A DNA stretch of 64,000 bases from Nannocystis bainbridge (GCF_028368995.1 NZ_JAQNDL010000003.1:1408001-1472000); one strand, 5' to 3'; counted from the first letter of the stretch, positions 41,809 through 52,159 are shown. A program made the numbers and translations. Notes: a model not told the origin generated them from the letters alone.

Positions 41809-42344
41809 TGACCCCCGAACAAGAGGCGTTCATCGCCAGGAAGAAGGAGAAGGCCGCAGCTCGCCGGGCCAAGCCGGAAGAGAAGGCCAACCTCGGCATC
41901 ACCTCGCTGATGGACATCGTGTCCATCCTCGTGGTGTACCTGCTGAAGAGCTACGCGTCCGACCCGGTCGTCATCAACCCGACCGCGGGCCAGAAGATCC
42001 CGATGTCCTATGCCGACGCGCCGATCCAGGACGGCATCCCGGTCTTCGTCACCACCCGCGGCATCACGTTCGACAGCAAGAAGATCGTGACGATGACGCC
42101 CGACGGCGACATCGACCCGTCCCAGGTGCAGAACCACCTGATCGGGCCGCTGTACGACCAGCTCGCCGAAGAGGTCGACAAGGCCAAGCAGCTGGCCGAG
42201 CGCCAGGGCAAGCCGTGGAACTCGCGGATCATCCTGGTCGGAGACTCGGATCTCAAGTTCAGCGTCCTCGTCGATGTCATGTACACGACGGGTCGCGCCG
42301 AGTTCGCCGAGTACTCGTTCTGCGTGATCAAGAAGAGCGGCTGA
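41808..42344 (+). CDS. ExbD/TolR family subunit (AglS-like)
   Basis: ITSLMDIVSILVVYLLKS; GDSDLKFSVLVDVMYT; TGATG stop/start overlap. Confidence 0.88.
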   Translation: MTPEQEAFIARKKEKAAARRAKPEEKANLGITSLMDIVSILVVYLLKSYASDPVVINPTAGQKIPMSYADAPIQDGIPVFVTTRGITFDSKKIVTMTPDGDIDPSQVQNHLIGPLYDQLAEEVDKAKQLAERQGKPWNSRIILVGDSDLKFSVLVDVMYTTGRAEFAEYSFCVIKKSG

Positions 42345-42361
42345 GCGCAGGAACACACGAC

Positions 42362-42403
42362 GAGGGTCGGCAGCTCTTCGGAGCCGCCGGCCCTTCGTTT
42401 TTT
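42362..42403 (+). terminator. Intrinsic terminator after the aglRQS-like genes
   Basis: GC-rich stem with a C(TTCG)G loop followed by GTTTTTT. Confidence 0.75.
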
Positions 42404-42592
42404 GCTCGCGGAGCGCCCCGCGTAGCCGTTTGGCCGCCGCCCCTGAAATCCGTCAGCGCCGCGCAGCGAACTCCCGGCGACCTCGCTCGCATGGTGTTCC
42501 GAGCTGTCTTGTCCCCAGGTCCGATCGCGCAGGGACCCGGGAAAATTGGCGCGTGCACCACAAATCAACTACATCCGCTAAACTTCCTTCGC

Positions 42593-43927
42593 GTGGTAGC
42601 CCGGTCCAAGGTCCTGCGGATCGCCTCGATCATCGACGGCTTGGTCTGCGACGAGCTGCATCAGAGCGCAGCCGAGGCGGTGACCGCCGGCACCGACGTC
42701 GACAATCAGCTGCTGTGCTTCGGCCCCGCGGTGCCGAAGAGCCACGTCCTCTTCGTCGTGCAAGAGGGCCGCTACGTGCTCGACCTGCCGCCGCGCGTCG
42801 GCGGCCAGCTCGTCACGCGTGGGCGCTCGGTCAACCTGAATCAGCTGTGGCGCAAGCAGCTGCAGTCCGACCCGCAGGCTCGCAGCCTGCGGGTGACGCT
42901 CGACCCGAGCACGCGCGGCAAGCTCGACGTCGGCGAGACCACCCTGCTGTTTCAGTTCGCGGCGCCGGTCCCGGTCCCGCCCAAGCCGCCGTTCCCGGCC
43001 GAGTTCAAGGCGCGTCCGTCCAACATGTGGACGCGCTCCGACCTGACGACGCTGACGGTCGCGTTCTTGATGTTCGGGCCTTACTTCATCTGGGCCTCGA
43101 ACAAGCACATCGACTACACCATCGAGCCCGAGATCGACGAGCGCTTCTTGCGGGTGATGCAGCTCGACAAGCCCAAGAAGAAGGAGCCCGAGGAAGAGAA
43201 GCTGAACGACGACGAGGAGGTGCTCGCCAAGGAGGACGAGAAGCTGACGCCGAAGCCGGACAAGGTGATCGACAAGCCCGTGCTGACGCAGAAGACCTAC
43301 TCCAAGGAGTCGATGGACAAGGCGCGCGGCGTCGGCATCGCCCGCGTGCTCGGCACCTACGGCGGCGACGGACCCGGCACCGTGTTCGACGTCATCCAGG
43401 GCACCGAGAACAACCTCGGCGAGCTGTTCGCCGCCGGCATGACGGCCACCGTCCTGCCTGACGGCACCGTCGTCAGCCCCTACGTCCCCGGCGGTGAGGG
43501 CATCAGCGCGCAGGGGGCGATCGTCGGCACCAAGGGCTTCGAGGCCCAGGGCCCGGAGCTCGCCGAGCTCGAAAAGAAGGAGCGGAAGATCAACTCCTCC
43601 GTGAAGAGCTCCGGCGCCGATGTCTACGGCGACGCCGACAAGAAGGCCGTGCAAGCCACGATCCGCCAGCGCACCGGCGCGCTTCAGGCTTGTTATAACA
43701 AGGCGTTGCAGACCAACCCTGGCCTGGCTGGCAAGATCTCCTACACGATCACCATCAGCGTCATGGGCACCGTCACCGACGTCCGCATCAATGACGACAC
43801 CCTCCAGGACGGTGGTGTACAGACGTGCACTGTCGCCAAGCTCAAGGGGTGGCGGTTCCCCACCACGCCAGGGGCCGAGCAGGCTTCGGACGTGACCTTC
43901 TCCGTGGTATTTTCTGGAGGGTCATGA
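42593..43927 (+). CDS. GltG/PglI-like TonB-type energy transducer (AgmX/PglI C-terminal domain)
   Basis: N-terminal KVLRIASI...RGKLDVGETTLLFQF, one TM, charged linker, C-terminal ACYNKALQTNPGLAGKI...C....LKGWRFP. Confidence 0.85.
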   Translation: MVARSKVLRIASIIDGLVCDELHQSAAEAVTAGTDVDNQLLCFGPAVPKSHVLFVVQEGRYVLDLPPRVGGQLVTRGRSVNLNQLWRKQLQSDPQARSLRVTLDPSTRGKLDVGETTLLFQFAAPVPVPPKPPFPAEFKARPSNMWTRSDLTTLTVAFLMFGPYFIWASNKHIDYTIEPEIDERFLRVMQLDKPKKKEPEEEKLNDDEEVLAKEDEKLTPKPDKVIDKPVLTQKTYSKESMDKARGVGIARVLGTYGGDGPGTVFDVIQGTENNLGELFAAGMTATVLPDGTVVSPYVPGGEGISAQGAIVGTKGFEAQGPELAELEKKERKINSSVKSSGADVYGDADKKAVQATIRQRTGALQACYNKALQTNPGLAGKISYTITISVMGTVTDVRINDDTLQDGGVQTCTVAKLKGWRFPTTPGAEQASDVTFSVVFSGGS

Positions 43928-44550
43928 GCACGTTTTCCAAGCGCGTCGTCCTTGCCTGGGGGTCCGCCACGCTGCTCGCGGCCAGCCCCGTCGGAGCAGC
44001 TCCTTCGACCAGCCCGGCACCTGCGCCCGCGTCGCCCGACGCGGGCGTCGCTGCATCTGGGCCTGCCGCCGACGCCGCCGCTCCCGACGCTGCCGCCGCC
44101 GCCCCGGCGCCGCTCGCCGCCGCCGCAGTCGGCAGCTCTCGCGGCAGCATCGAGCGCGGCATGACCGAACTCGGCACGCTCCTCACCCGCGCCCGGCAAA
44201 GCGGCGACATGGGTCGGACTGCGTGCGTCCAGGACAAGCACGACCGCGCCGAGATCGTGCTCGAGGTTGCGACCGGCGAGCTCTTGGTCTTGCAAGATTC
44301 GTCGGCCGATGGGCAGAGCCGCGCCTTTGCCGGCGAGAAATTGGGCGAGGCCGCCGAGCGAATCTCCGGCCTCGTCGGCCAGGCCAGGGCGTGTCAGGGC
44401 GATCAGGAGCAGAAGCGCAGCGACGCCCAGAACACCGCCAATCAGCCGAAGACGGTCATCCCCACCGACCCCACGTCGACCAGCGCCGGTGTCCAGCGAT
44501 TGCCGCCGCGCATCGACCCGCGCCCGCCCGTCGCCAGCCCCGTGATTTGA
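43924..44550 (+). CDS. Secreted helical protein with one Cys pair
   Basis: Signal peptide; ACVQDK...ARACQG; ATGA overlap with the GltG-like gene. Confidence 0.7.
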   Translation: MSTFSKRVVLAWGSATLLAASPVGAAPSTSPAPAPASPDAGVAASGPAADAAAPDAAAAAPAPLAAAAVGSSRGSIERGMTELGTLLTRARQSGDMGRTACVQDKHDRAEIVLEVATGELLVLQDSSADGQSRAFAGEKLGEAAERISGLVGQARACQGDQEQKRSDAQNTANQPKTVIPTDPTSTSAGVQRLPPRIDPRPPVASPVI

Positions 44551-44733
44551 CCTCGCTGCGTCGGACCTCGCCGTCGGTTTTTGGCCGGGCGGACTGGCCA
44601 CACGCGCGTCGGTCTGTCTCGTCGGGCGCTCCCCCGCAGCGGACAAGCCACACGGCGCTCGCGGTTCGGACTTGGCGCTCACAATTCTCGCCTCCGGGCT
44701 GAGATTCGCTAGGCTGTAGCCTCTCGCCTTCCC

Positions 44734-46140
44734 TTGCGCCGACTTAACCAGCCAGCCCCCCGGTGGGCTCTCCGCGGCCTCGTCGTCGCGGCGACGATCT
44801 GCATGGCCCTCTCGATCCGTCCCGCGCGCGCGGCCGGGGGGAACGCCACTGGCAGCCTGATCGGCAGCGTGCCGCGGACCGAGGACGGCGCGGGCATCAA
44901 GCTCGGCCCGCGATCGACGTTCCACCCCGGCTTCGCGCTGATGGTCGGCGGCGACAGCAACGTGTTCTGGAACCGCCGCGGCGACCACGGCGGCATTCGG
45001 CCTGCCGCCCTCGTCATGCCGGTCGCATGGCTCGGCATCGGCAACCGCGAGGTCCGCGACGGCGTGCTGCAGAGCGAGGTCGAGGCGCAGCAAGATCGCA
45101 AGATCGACTACAACATCCGCGTCACCGCCGGCTACCGCGCCTTCATGGCCCGCGCCGAGGAGATTCGTCGCCTCCCCCGCTTCAGCGTCGATCTCAACGC
45201 GCACCTCGTGATCGCCCCCGGGCGGCGCTTCAGCTTCAACATCACCGAGTTCTTCTCGCGCTTCGCCGACCCGCGCAACTACGACGCCGGCGTCGGCTAC
45301 AACTACAACCGCATCGACCACCGGCTCTCGCTCGGCTTCATCTATCGCCCGGGCGGCGGCCGCTTCAGCATCGGCGCCAACTACCTCAACGAGGTGTTGT
45401 TCTTCGAGGCCCCCGACGTCTACAGCGGCGACCGCTACATCCACGGCGCCGCCGCCGAGGTCAAGTGGCGCATCGCCCCGCGCTCGGCGCTGCTCGTCAA
45501 CTACTCGTTCGCCCACTCGTATTACTTCAGCTGCAACGCCAACACCGATCCCGACTGCAACGAGGACAACAACGCCCACCGCGTCTACCTCGGCTTTCGC
45601 GGCCAGATCGCCAGGCGCTGGACCCTCGACGCCATGGCCGGTTACGGCGCCGGCCTCTACTACGACGACGAGAACGGCCCCAACTTCCGCGGCTTCATCG
45701 GCGGCCTCCGGGCGGCCTACTACCCGACCCTGCGCACCCAGTTCTTCGCCCAGATCGATCGCCAGTTCAGCGACTCGCTGTTCGGCAACTACTTCCACGA
45801 CATCGCCGGCCGGATCGGCGGCCAGCACACCTTCCGCTGGAAGATGTACGCCGAGCTGAACTTCTCCGTCGTCGGTCGTCGCTACGCCGGCCTGCCGATC
45901 CCCGGGCGAGAGACCCGCATCCAGTCGTACGAGAACGCCCCCGGGTTCGTCCGCTCCGACACCCTCTTCGCCATCGGCGCCAGGGTGGAGCAGCCCTTCG
46001 GCCGCCTGTTCGTCGTCGGCGTCCGCTACGACATGATCGTCGACCGCACCGACTTCATCGCCCACTACGCCGGCGGTTTGACCGACTTCGGCGGCTTCTC
46101 CAAGCATATTGCCATGGTCCTCGGCGCCGTGAGATTCTAG
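44734..46140 (+). CDS. Outer-membrane beta-barrel (EpsX/Wzp-like OPX partner)
   Basis: Signal peptide, alternating aromatic beta-strands, C-terminal Phe; adjacent to an OPX gene. Confidence 0.75.
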   Translation: MRRLNQPAPRWALRGLVVAATICMALSIRPARAAGGNATGSLIGSVPRTEDGAGIKLGPRSTFHPGFALMVGGDSNVFWNRRGDHGGIRPAALVMPVAWLGIGNREVRDGVLQSEVEAQQDRKIDYNIRVTAGYRAFMARAEEIRRLPRFSVDLNAHLVIAPGRRFSFNITEFFSRFADPRNYDAGVGYNYNRIDHRLSLGFIYRPGGGRFSIGANYLNEVLFFEAPDVYSGDRYIHGAAAEVKWRIAPRSALLVNYSFAHSYYFSCNANTDPDCNEDNNAHRVYLGFRGQIARRWTLDAMAGYGAGLYYDDENGPNFRGFIGGLRAAYYPTLRTQFFAQIDRQFSDSLFGNYFHDIAGRIGGQHTFRWKMYAELNFSVVGRRYAGLPIPGRETRIQSYENAPGFVRSDTLFAIGARVEQPFGRLFVVGVRYDMIVDRTDFIAHYAGGLTDFGGFSKHIAMVLGAVRF

Positions 46141-46158
46141 CGGCTGCGGCGTCTGCTC

Positions 46159-46770
46159 ATGCCCGCACCTCCACGCAGCGGCCTCTCCTGGCTCGGCTCC
46201 GGCCTCGTTCTCTTGCTGTCCTTCGGGACAGCTTGTGATCGCCCGGTCCGCACCCATGCCCCGGTGATCGCCCCGAGCGCCGGCCTGCGCCCGGGCGACG
46301 AGCTCGACATCCGCGTGTTCGACGAGGACCGCTTCAACGGCACCTACGCGGTCGCCGAGGACGGCACGATCGATTTCCCGATGGTCGGCGGCGTCGCGGT
46401 CACCGGCCTCACCAAGGACGAGGTCGCCCGTCACATCGAGACCAAGCTCGCCGATGGTTACCTCAACCATCCGCACGTCGTGGTCCAGATCAAGGAGCGC
46501 GGCAACCGGGAGATCAGCATCCTCGGCCAGGTCAACGAGGCCGGCTCGCTCGGCTGGCGCGACGGCCTCACGCTCGTGCAGGCCGTCTCGCTGGCTGGCG
46601 GCCTGACCCCCTTCGCCGCCCCTGCGCGCGTCAAGCTGACCCGCCGCACCGGCCGCGGCGAAGAGACCGTGACCTTCGAGATCTCCCTCTCGGCGATCGT
46701 CGACGGCCGCGCCGAGGACCTGGTCTTACGGCCAGGTGACATCGTGTTCGTGCCTGAGACCCGGATGTAA
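46159..46770 (+). CDS. Short OPX/Wza-family polysaccharide export protein (Poly_export plus SLBB only)
   Basis: LRPGDELDIRVF, DGTIDFPMVG, GQVNEAG, AGGLT, LRPGDIVFVP; lacks the C-terminal OM helix. Confidence 0.9.
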   Translation: MPAPPRSGLSWLGSGLVLLLSFGTACDRPVRTHAPVIAPSAGLRPGDELDIRVFDEDRFNGTYAVAEDGTIDFPMVGGVAVTGLTKDEVARHIETKLADGYLNHPHVVVQIKERGNREISILGQVNEAGSLGWRDGLTLVQAVSLAGGLTPFAAPARVKLTRRTGRGEETVTFEISLSAIVDGRAEDLVLRPGDIVFVPETRM

Positions 46771-46780
46771 GCGAGGCCCC

Positions 46781-47383
46781 GTGAACCCTGTGCGCACCGC
46801 CCGTGTCGAGCGAGCCACCCGCGAGACCCAGATCACCGTCGATCTGACCCTCCCGTGCGACGGGCCCGCGCACCACAACATCGACACCCCGGTGCCGTTC
46901 CTCTCGCACATGCTCGAGGCGCTCGCGCGTCACGGCGCGATGCAGCTCGAGGTCCTGGCCCGCGGCGACACCCACATCGACGACCACCACACCGTCGAGG
47001 ACATCGGCCTCGTGCTCGGCAGCGCGTTCGACCGGGCTCTCGGCCCGCGGCTCGGCATCTTCCGCTACGGCCACTTCTCGCTGTGCATGGACGAGGTCCT
47101 GGTCGACGTCGCCCTCGACCTCGGCGGCCGCCCCTACCTCGTCTACGACCTGCCGGGCGTGGCCGGCAAGCGCGTCGGCAGCTTCGACTGCGACCTCGTG
47201 CGCGAGTTCTTCCAGGCCTTCGCCGTCCAGGCGCGAATGAACCTGCATGTCCATCAGCGCGAAGGTGGCAACGCCCACCACCTCGTCGAGGCCAGCTTCA
47301 AGGGCCTCGCCCGCGCGCTGCGTCAGGCCTGCGCCCCCGATCCATACGTCGGCGTGCCCTCGACCAAGGGCACGCTCGGCTGA
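46781..47383 (+). CDS. hisB: Imidazoleglycerol-phosphate dehydratase
   Basis: RATRETQI, FLSHML, IDDHHTVED, MDE, NAHHLVEASFK, PSTKGTL. Confidence 0.95.
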   Translation: MNPVRTARVERATRETQITVDLTLPCDGPAHHNIDTPVPFLSHMLEALARHGAMQLEVLARGDTHIDDHHTVEDIGLVLGSAFDRALGPRLGIFRYGHFSLCMDEVLVDVALDLGGRPYLVYDLPGVAGKRVGSFDCDLVREFFQAFAVQARMNLHVHQREGGNAHHLVEASFKGLARALRQACAPDPYVGVPSTKGTLG

Positions 47384-47479
47384 CGCAGCTGCCACTCGCT
47401 CGGCGGGCGCGCGCTCACCCGGTCGCGTCCTCGCAACCATCGCCGCGGCGCGGATGACCCGCGGCCGCAGCACGCCCCG

Positions 47480-48010
47480 TTAATTCTTGCTCATCTGCGT
47501 CTTCTTGCTGCGGGCCTCGCCCTTCTTCTCGAACCCTGCCGCCAGGCAATCGCCGGGTGAGCCCGCCTTGGCGCAGGCGTCGGTCAGCGCCGCCTTGCAG
47601 GCCTCTTCGCTGCTGACCGCGGAGGACGCCTCGCCGTCGACCATCGGCGCGATCGCCACCAGCGTCAGCGTCGTCGAGTGGGCCGTCGGACCGCCGCCGC
47701 TGGCCGACATCGACGACTTCGTCATCGACCACTTCGACTCGTCGCGGCAGGAAGGGCGCTCGGCCTCCGGCAGCTTGGCGCACACGTCCGTCCACGCCGC
47801 CTCGTCGGCCTTGGCCGGGTCCTCGCCGTTGCCCTTGCCCGAGAACTCGCTGGCCTTGTTCGCCACCTGAATGCTGCAGCGGTACTCCGTCTTCGGGCCC
47901 TGCGGCTGGCTCGGCGCCGGCTCGCTGCCGCTGCCGCCGCCGCAGGCCGCGAGGCAGGCCGCCAGCCCCAGCACGGGCGCCATCGGGGTGCTCTTGCGCT
48001 CTTCTCGCAT
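47480..48010 (-). CDS. Cys-rich lipoprotein
   Basis: Lipobox LAAC; two similar Cys-containing halves. Confidence 0.7.
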   Translation of the reverse strand: MREERKSTPMAPVLGLAACLAACGGGSGSEPAPSQPQGPKTEYRCSIQVANKASEFSGKGNGEDPAKADEAAWTDVCAKLPEAERPSCRDESKWSMTKSSMSASGGGPTAHSTTLTLVAIAPMVDGEASSAVSSEEACKAALTDACAKAGSPGDCLAAGFEKKGEARSKKTQMSKN

Positions 48011-48072
48011 GCTGCGCCCATAGCACATCTGCGCGCGAGCCCGCCGCGATTCCTGCTATTTTCCGCCCCGTC

Positions 48073-49698
48073 ATGTCCGACGCACCCAAGCGCCCGAGCA
48101 CTCCCGACCCGCGCGCAGCCCTCGAACAACGCGAGCGGCTCGCCGACAGCTACGCCGGTCCGAACCTCGTGGCCGGCGGCGAAAAGGACCTCGCGGTGGC
48201 CGAGAAGGGCGCCGCCACGGCCGTCGAGCGCTTGCACAAGAGCGGCCGTCAGACCGCCCACGAGCGCATCGAGCTGCTCCTCGACCCCGGCAGCTTCGTC
48301 GAGCTCGACCGCTTCGTCACCCACCAGTGCCCCGACTTCGACATGCCGGGCAAGAAGGTCTACGGCGACGGCGTCGTCACCGGCCACGGCACCGTCGAGG
48401 GCCGCCCGGTGTTCGTGTTCGCCCAGCAGGCACCTGTCTTTGGGGGCAGCCTCGGCTGGGCCCACGCCATGAAGATCTGCAAGGTCATGGACATGGCCAC
48501 CACCGTCGGCGCGCCGGTCATCGGCCTCAACGACAGCGGCGGCGCGCGGATCCAGGAGGGCGTCGCCTCGCTGGCCGGCTACGCCGAGATCTTCAAGCGC
48601 AACGTGCTCGCGTCGGGCGTGGTCCCGCAGCTGTCGCTCATCCTCGGCCCGTGCGCCGGCGGGGCCGTGTACTCGCCCGCGCTCACCGACCTCGTCCTCA
48701 TGGTCGAGGAGAGCTCGTACATGTTCATCACCGGGCCCGACGTCATCAAGACCGTCACCCACGAAGAGGTCACCAAGGAGGCGCTCGGCGGCGCCGCCAC
48801 GCACAACGAGAAGAGCGGCGTGGCCCACTTCGCCTGCCCGAGCGAGGCCGCCGCCGCCGCGATGACGCGCGAGCTGCTCGGCTACCTGCCCTCCAACAAC
48901 ATGGAGGACCCGCCGCACCGCCCGACCACCGACGACCCGGCCCGCGCCACCCCCGAGCTGGCCGACTTCGTCCCCGTCGACGCCTCGCGCCCCTACGACA
49001 TCCGCACCATCATCCGCGCCGTCGCCGACGACGGCGCCTTCCTCGAGGTGCAGGAGCACTTCGCCCGCAACATGGTGATCGGCTTCTGCCGCATCGACGG
49101 CCGCAGCGTCGGCGTCGTCGCCAACCAGCCGCTCGTGCTCGCCGGCTGCCTCGACATCAACGCGTCGATCAAGGCGGCCCGGTTCGTCCGCATGTGCGAC
49201 GCCTTCAACATCCCGCTGTGGACCCTCGTCGACGTCCCAGGCTTCCTGCCCGGCACCGACCAGGAGTTCGGCGGCATCATCCGCCACGGCGCCAAGCTGC
49301 TCTACGCGTTCGTCGAGGCGACCGTCCCCAAGGTCACCCTCGTCACCCGCAAGGCCTACGGCGGCGCCTACGACGTCATGGCGAGCAAGCACATCCGCGC
49401 CGACGTGAACCTCGCCTACCCGACCGCCGAGATCGCCGTCATGGGCGCCGAGGGGGCCGTCAACATCATCTACCGCCGCGACCTCGTCGAGGCCAAGAAC
49501 CCCGCGGCCCAGCGCACCGAGCTGCTGAACAACTACCGCGACCTGTTCGCCAACCCGTACAAGGCCGCCGAGCTCGGCTTCATCGACCAGGTGATCCTGC
49601 CCGAGGACACCCGCCGCCACGTCTCCCGCGCCTTCGCCCTGCTGAAGAACAAGCGCCAGGAGAACCCGCGCCGCAAGCACGGCAACATCCCGCTGTGA
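48073..49698 (+). CDS. pccB: Acyl-CoA (propionyl/methylmalonyl-CoA) carboxylase, carboxyltransferase subunit
   Basis: [45 protein letters not shown]. Confidence 0.9.
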   Translation: MSDAPKRPSTPDPRAALEQRERLADSYAGPNLVAGGEKDLAVAEKGAATAVERLHKSGRQTAHERIELLLDPGSFVELDRFVTHQCPDFDMPGKKVYGDGVVTGHGTVEGRPVFVFAQQAPVFGGSLGWAHAMKICKVMDMATTVGAPVIGLNDSGGARIQEGVASLAGYAEIFKRNVLASGVVPQLSLILGPCAGGAVYSPALTDLVLMVEESSYMFITGPDVIKTVTHEEVTKEALGGAATHNEKSGVAHFACPSEAAAAAMTRELLGYLPSNNMEDPPHRPTTDDPARATPELADFVPVDASRPYDIRTIIRAVADDGAFLEVQEHFARNMVIGFCRIDGRSVGVVANQPLVLAGCLDINASIKAARFVRMCDAFNIPLWTLVDVPGFLPGTDQEFGGIIRHGAKLLYAFVEATVPKVTLVTRKAYGGAYDVMASKHIRADVNLAYPTAEIAVMGAEGAVNIIYRRDLVEAKNPAAQRTELLNNYRDLFANPYKAAELGFIDQVILPEDTRRHVSRAFALLKNKRQENPRRKHGNIPL

Positions 49699-50154
49699 AT
49701 CGCACCGCCTGTCCCCAGGGACAGGCTCACCGCGAGCACCGTGCCCGCGCAACTCGGGGCGGGCTCGCCCGCGCGAACGACGAGCGCATCGTGCGTCGCG
49801 GCCTCCGAGCGAGCCGCCTCGGCCCGCGTGGCCATCGAGCGCATCCTGATCGCCCCGCATCGCGCAAGGCGCTCGCCTCGGCCCACGCAGACGCCGATCG
49901 CGTCGCTGCCCGTGACCCGCGAGCGCATCACGCGACCGCGCCACGCGCGTCGGCAGGGGATCGTCCTGCGCGCGCTCGCCCGACCCTCCATAGCGACTCG
50001 CCGAGCAGCACCCGCGCCAAGGCTCGCGCCCCCGCGAGCGAGCGAGCGCGCCAATCGTGCCCACGAGGCCGCCCCGGGCCAAGCGCCGCTCGCGTCCACG
50101 GCCACCTGCCCGGGCCTGAACCCGCGTCGCCGCAAAATGTGTCAAGCTCTCCGC

Positions 50155-50562
50155 ATGTCCCCGCCCCGCGCCGTCCTCGCCCTCGCGCTCGTCAGCGCGT
50201 GCGCACAGGCCGGCCCGAGCTCGCGGACCCTGCACTACATCGACAAGACCCTCGTCACCAGCGCCCCGGTCGACCACCGCGCCTACGGGGCGTACATGCA
50301 GGCCCGGATCGCCCTCGCCGCCGAGCCGCCCGACCTGGCCCGCGCGCTGCAGCAGATCGACCTCGCGCTCCGCTACGACCGCGACGACCCGCACCTCTGG
50401 ACGACGCGCGGGGAGATCGAGCTCCGCCTCGGCGACGTCGAAGCCGCCCGCCGCAGCAGCGCCCGCGCCCTCGCGTACGGCCCCAAGTATCCGCCCGCGC
50501 TCCAGCTCGCCGCCGATCTCCAGCTCCCCGGCGGCCGCCAGGTCGCCGAAGCCCGCCGCTAG
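50155..50562 (+). CDS. Small TPR lipoprotein
   Basis: Lipobox VSAC; TPR-like helices. Confidence 0.7.
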   Translation: MSPPRAVLALALVSACAQAGPSSRTLHYIDKTLVTSAPVDHRAYGAYMQARIALAAEPPDLARALQQIDLALRYDRDDPHLWTTRGEIELRLGDVEAARRSSARALAYGPKYPPALQLAADLQLPGGRQVAEARR

Positions 50563-50589
50563 TCTTCTTCCCCGTTCTTAAAAGGAAGA

Positions 50590-50655
50590 GACATGTCCTC
50601 TGCGACATGCTTCCGAGGACATGCTCATCGGGACATGTCCTCGTGAGCATGTCCT
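50590..50655. repeat. 14-bp-phased array (5 junctions)
   Basis: CATG at 50592, 50606, 50620, 50634, 50648. Confidence 0.85.
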
Positions 50656-51335
50656 GATCGCGCCCCGACGAAGATCCCCGCCGCCAGCAGATCCTCCACC
50701 ACCTCGTCCGCGCCCCACGGCTCCGGCGCGCCGGCCAGCGCCGCCTCGATCGCCGCCAGCTCCTCGTCGATCGGCGTCGCCCGGCAGGCGTCGAGCTCGC
50801 CGTCTCGCCACACCACCGTCGCCGTCTCGCCGCGCACAGGCTCGGCCGCCCACGCCTCCTCGCCGAGCCAAGCCGCCACGTCCCACGACCCGCGCAGCAC
50901 CACCACCGACCTCGCCGCTCGCAGCGGCCCCTCCGCGCTGTCGCGCGGGTCATCCGGCCCGCTCTCGGCCCGCCACGTCGCCCACTCGAGCGCCGCCAGC
51001 TCCCCGAGCCACGCTGGCGACCCCGCCTGCCGGGCCACGAACTCGCCGAACCCCGCGGCGTTCTCGTTGAGCTCGAAGCTCTGCGCCGGCCGCTCGTGGA
51101 AATAAGCCTCGACCCACGCCGCCCACCGCGCCTCGCCCACGCGCACCATCACGGCCTCCCGCGTGCCCGCGTGGATGACGTCGATCGCGTCGCGCCGCAG
51201 CTTGCGGCACATCTCCGCGTACACCTGCAGCCCCTCGGCTGCCCCCTCGATCGCCAGCGACTTCGCCACCGTCGCCGCGTCCGCCGTCCCCTCGATCAGC
51301 GGCTGCAGCGTCGAGAACAAGCCCGCCAGCCGCAT
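50625..51335 (-). CDS. DUF2063/HvfC-BufC-like MNIO partner protein
   Basis: GLQVY..., VGEARWAAWVEAYFHERP, GFGEFV, WLGELAALEWA; TGATG overlap with the DUF692 gene. Confidence 0.8.
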   Translation of the reverse strand: MRLAGLFSTLQPLIEGTADAATVAKSLAIEGAAEGLQVYAEMCRKLRRDAIDVIHAGTREAVMVRVGEARWAAWVEAYFHERPAQSFELNENAAGFGEFVARQAGSPAWLGELAALEWATWRAESGPDDPRDSAEGPLRAARSVVVLRGSWDVAAWLGEEAWAAEPVRGETATVVWRDGELDACRATPIDEELAAIEAALAGAPEPWGADEVVEDLLAAGIFVGARSGHAHEDMSR

Positions 51336-52159
51336 CACAGCCCCTCCAGCGCCAGCGCCGACTCGCGGCGGGCCCGCGCCACCTCGGCCAGCAGCACCTC
51401 GACCGGCGGAAGATCGGTCTCCCACTCGACGATCGTCGGGATCGCCCGCCCCGCCTTGCGGATCGTCCAGCGATACAGCGACCACACCGCCTCCGGCACC
51501 GGCCCCGTGTGATCGTCGATCAGCAGCGACCCGCGCGGCCGATGCCCCGCCACGTGGATCTCCCGCACCCGCGCCAGCGGCAGCGCGTCCACATAGGCCT
51601 CCGGCGCCAGCCCGTGGTTGTGCGCATTGACGAGGACATTGCCGATGTCGAGCAGCAGCCCGCAGTCGGCCTCCTCGATCACCGTTCGCACGAACACCGG
51701 CTCCGCCAGCGCGTCGTCGGGCAGGCGCGCGTACGTGGCCACGTTCTCGAGCACCAGCTCTCGGCCGAGCCGCGCCTGTACCGCCTGCACCCGCCCCACC
51801 ACGTGCGCCGCCGCCTCCTCGCTGTGCGGCAACGGCAGGAGCGCGTGCGTGTAGCCGCCGCCGATCCGCCCGAAGCACAGGTGGTCGCTCCACCACTCGA
51901 GACCCAGCCCCGCGACCGCGCGGAGGAGCTCGTCGTCGAGCGGTTCGGGCCCGCCGACCGACAGCGAGATGCTGTGACCGACAGCGGGCCAGCGCTCGCG
52001 ACACGCGTCGAAGATCCGCCGCCGCCGCCCGCCGAAGCGGGCCCAGTTCTCCGGCATCACCTCGATGAAGTCGAGCGCCGGCTCGGCGGCCAGCAGCGCC
52101 TCTGCATATTCGTGCAGCAGCAACACCCCGACCCCGCCGTCCGCGATCGTCCCTTTCAT
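51335..52159 (-). CDS. DUF692 multinuclear non-heme iron oxidative enzyme (MNIO)
   Basis: EVMPENW, HSISLSVGG, SDHL, LLPLP, LENV, LLDIGN, EIHVAGH, IDDH. Confidence 0.92.
   Translation of the reverse strand: MKGTIADGGVGVLLLHEYAEALLAAEPALDFIEVMPENWARFGGRRRRIFDACRERWPAVGHSISLSVGGPEPLDDELLRAVAGLGLEWWSDHLCFGRIGGGYTHALLPLPHSEEAAAHVVGRVQAVQARLGRELVLENVATYARLPDDALAEPVFVRTVIEEADCGLLLDIGNVLVNAHNHGLAPEAYVDALPLARVREIHVAGHRPRGSLLIDDHTGPVPEAVWSLYRWTIRKAGRAIPTIVEWETDLPPVEVLLAEVARARRESALALEGL

Noticed and set aside
31682-50394. Many long antisense ORFs (for example 31682-34483, 43741-46476, 47722-50394)
   Set aside because: Shadow ORFs opposite genes with clear family motifs, caused by stop-codon scarcity at high GC3.
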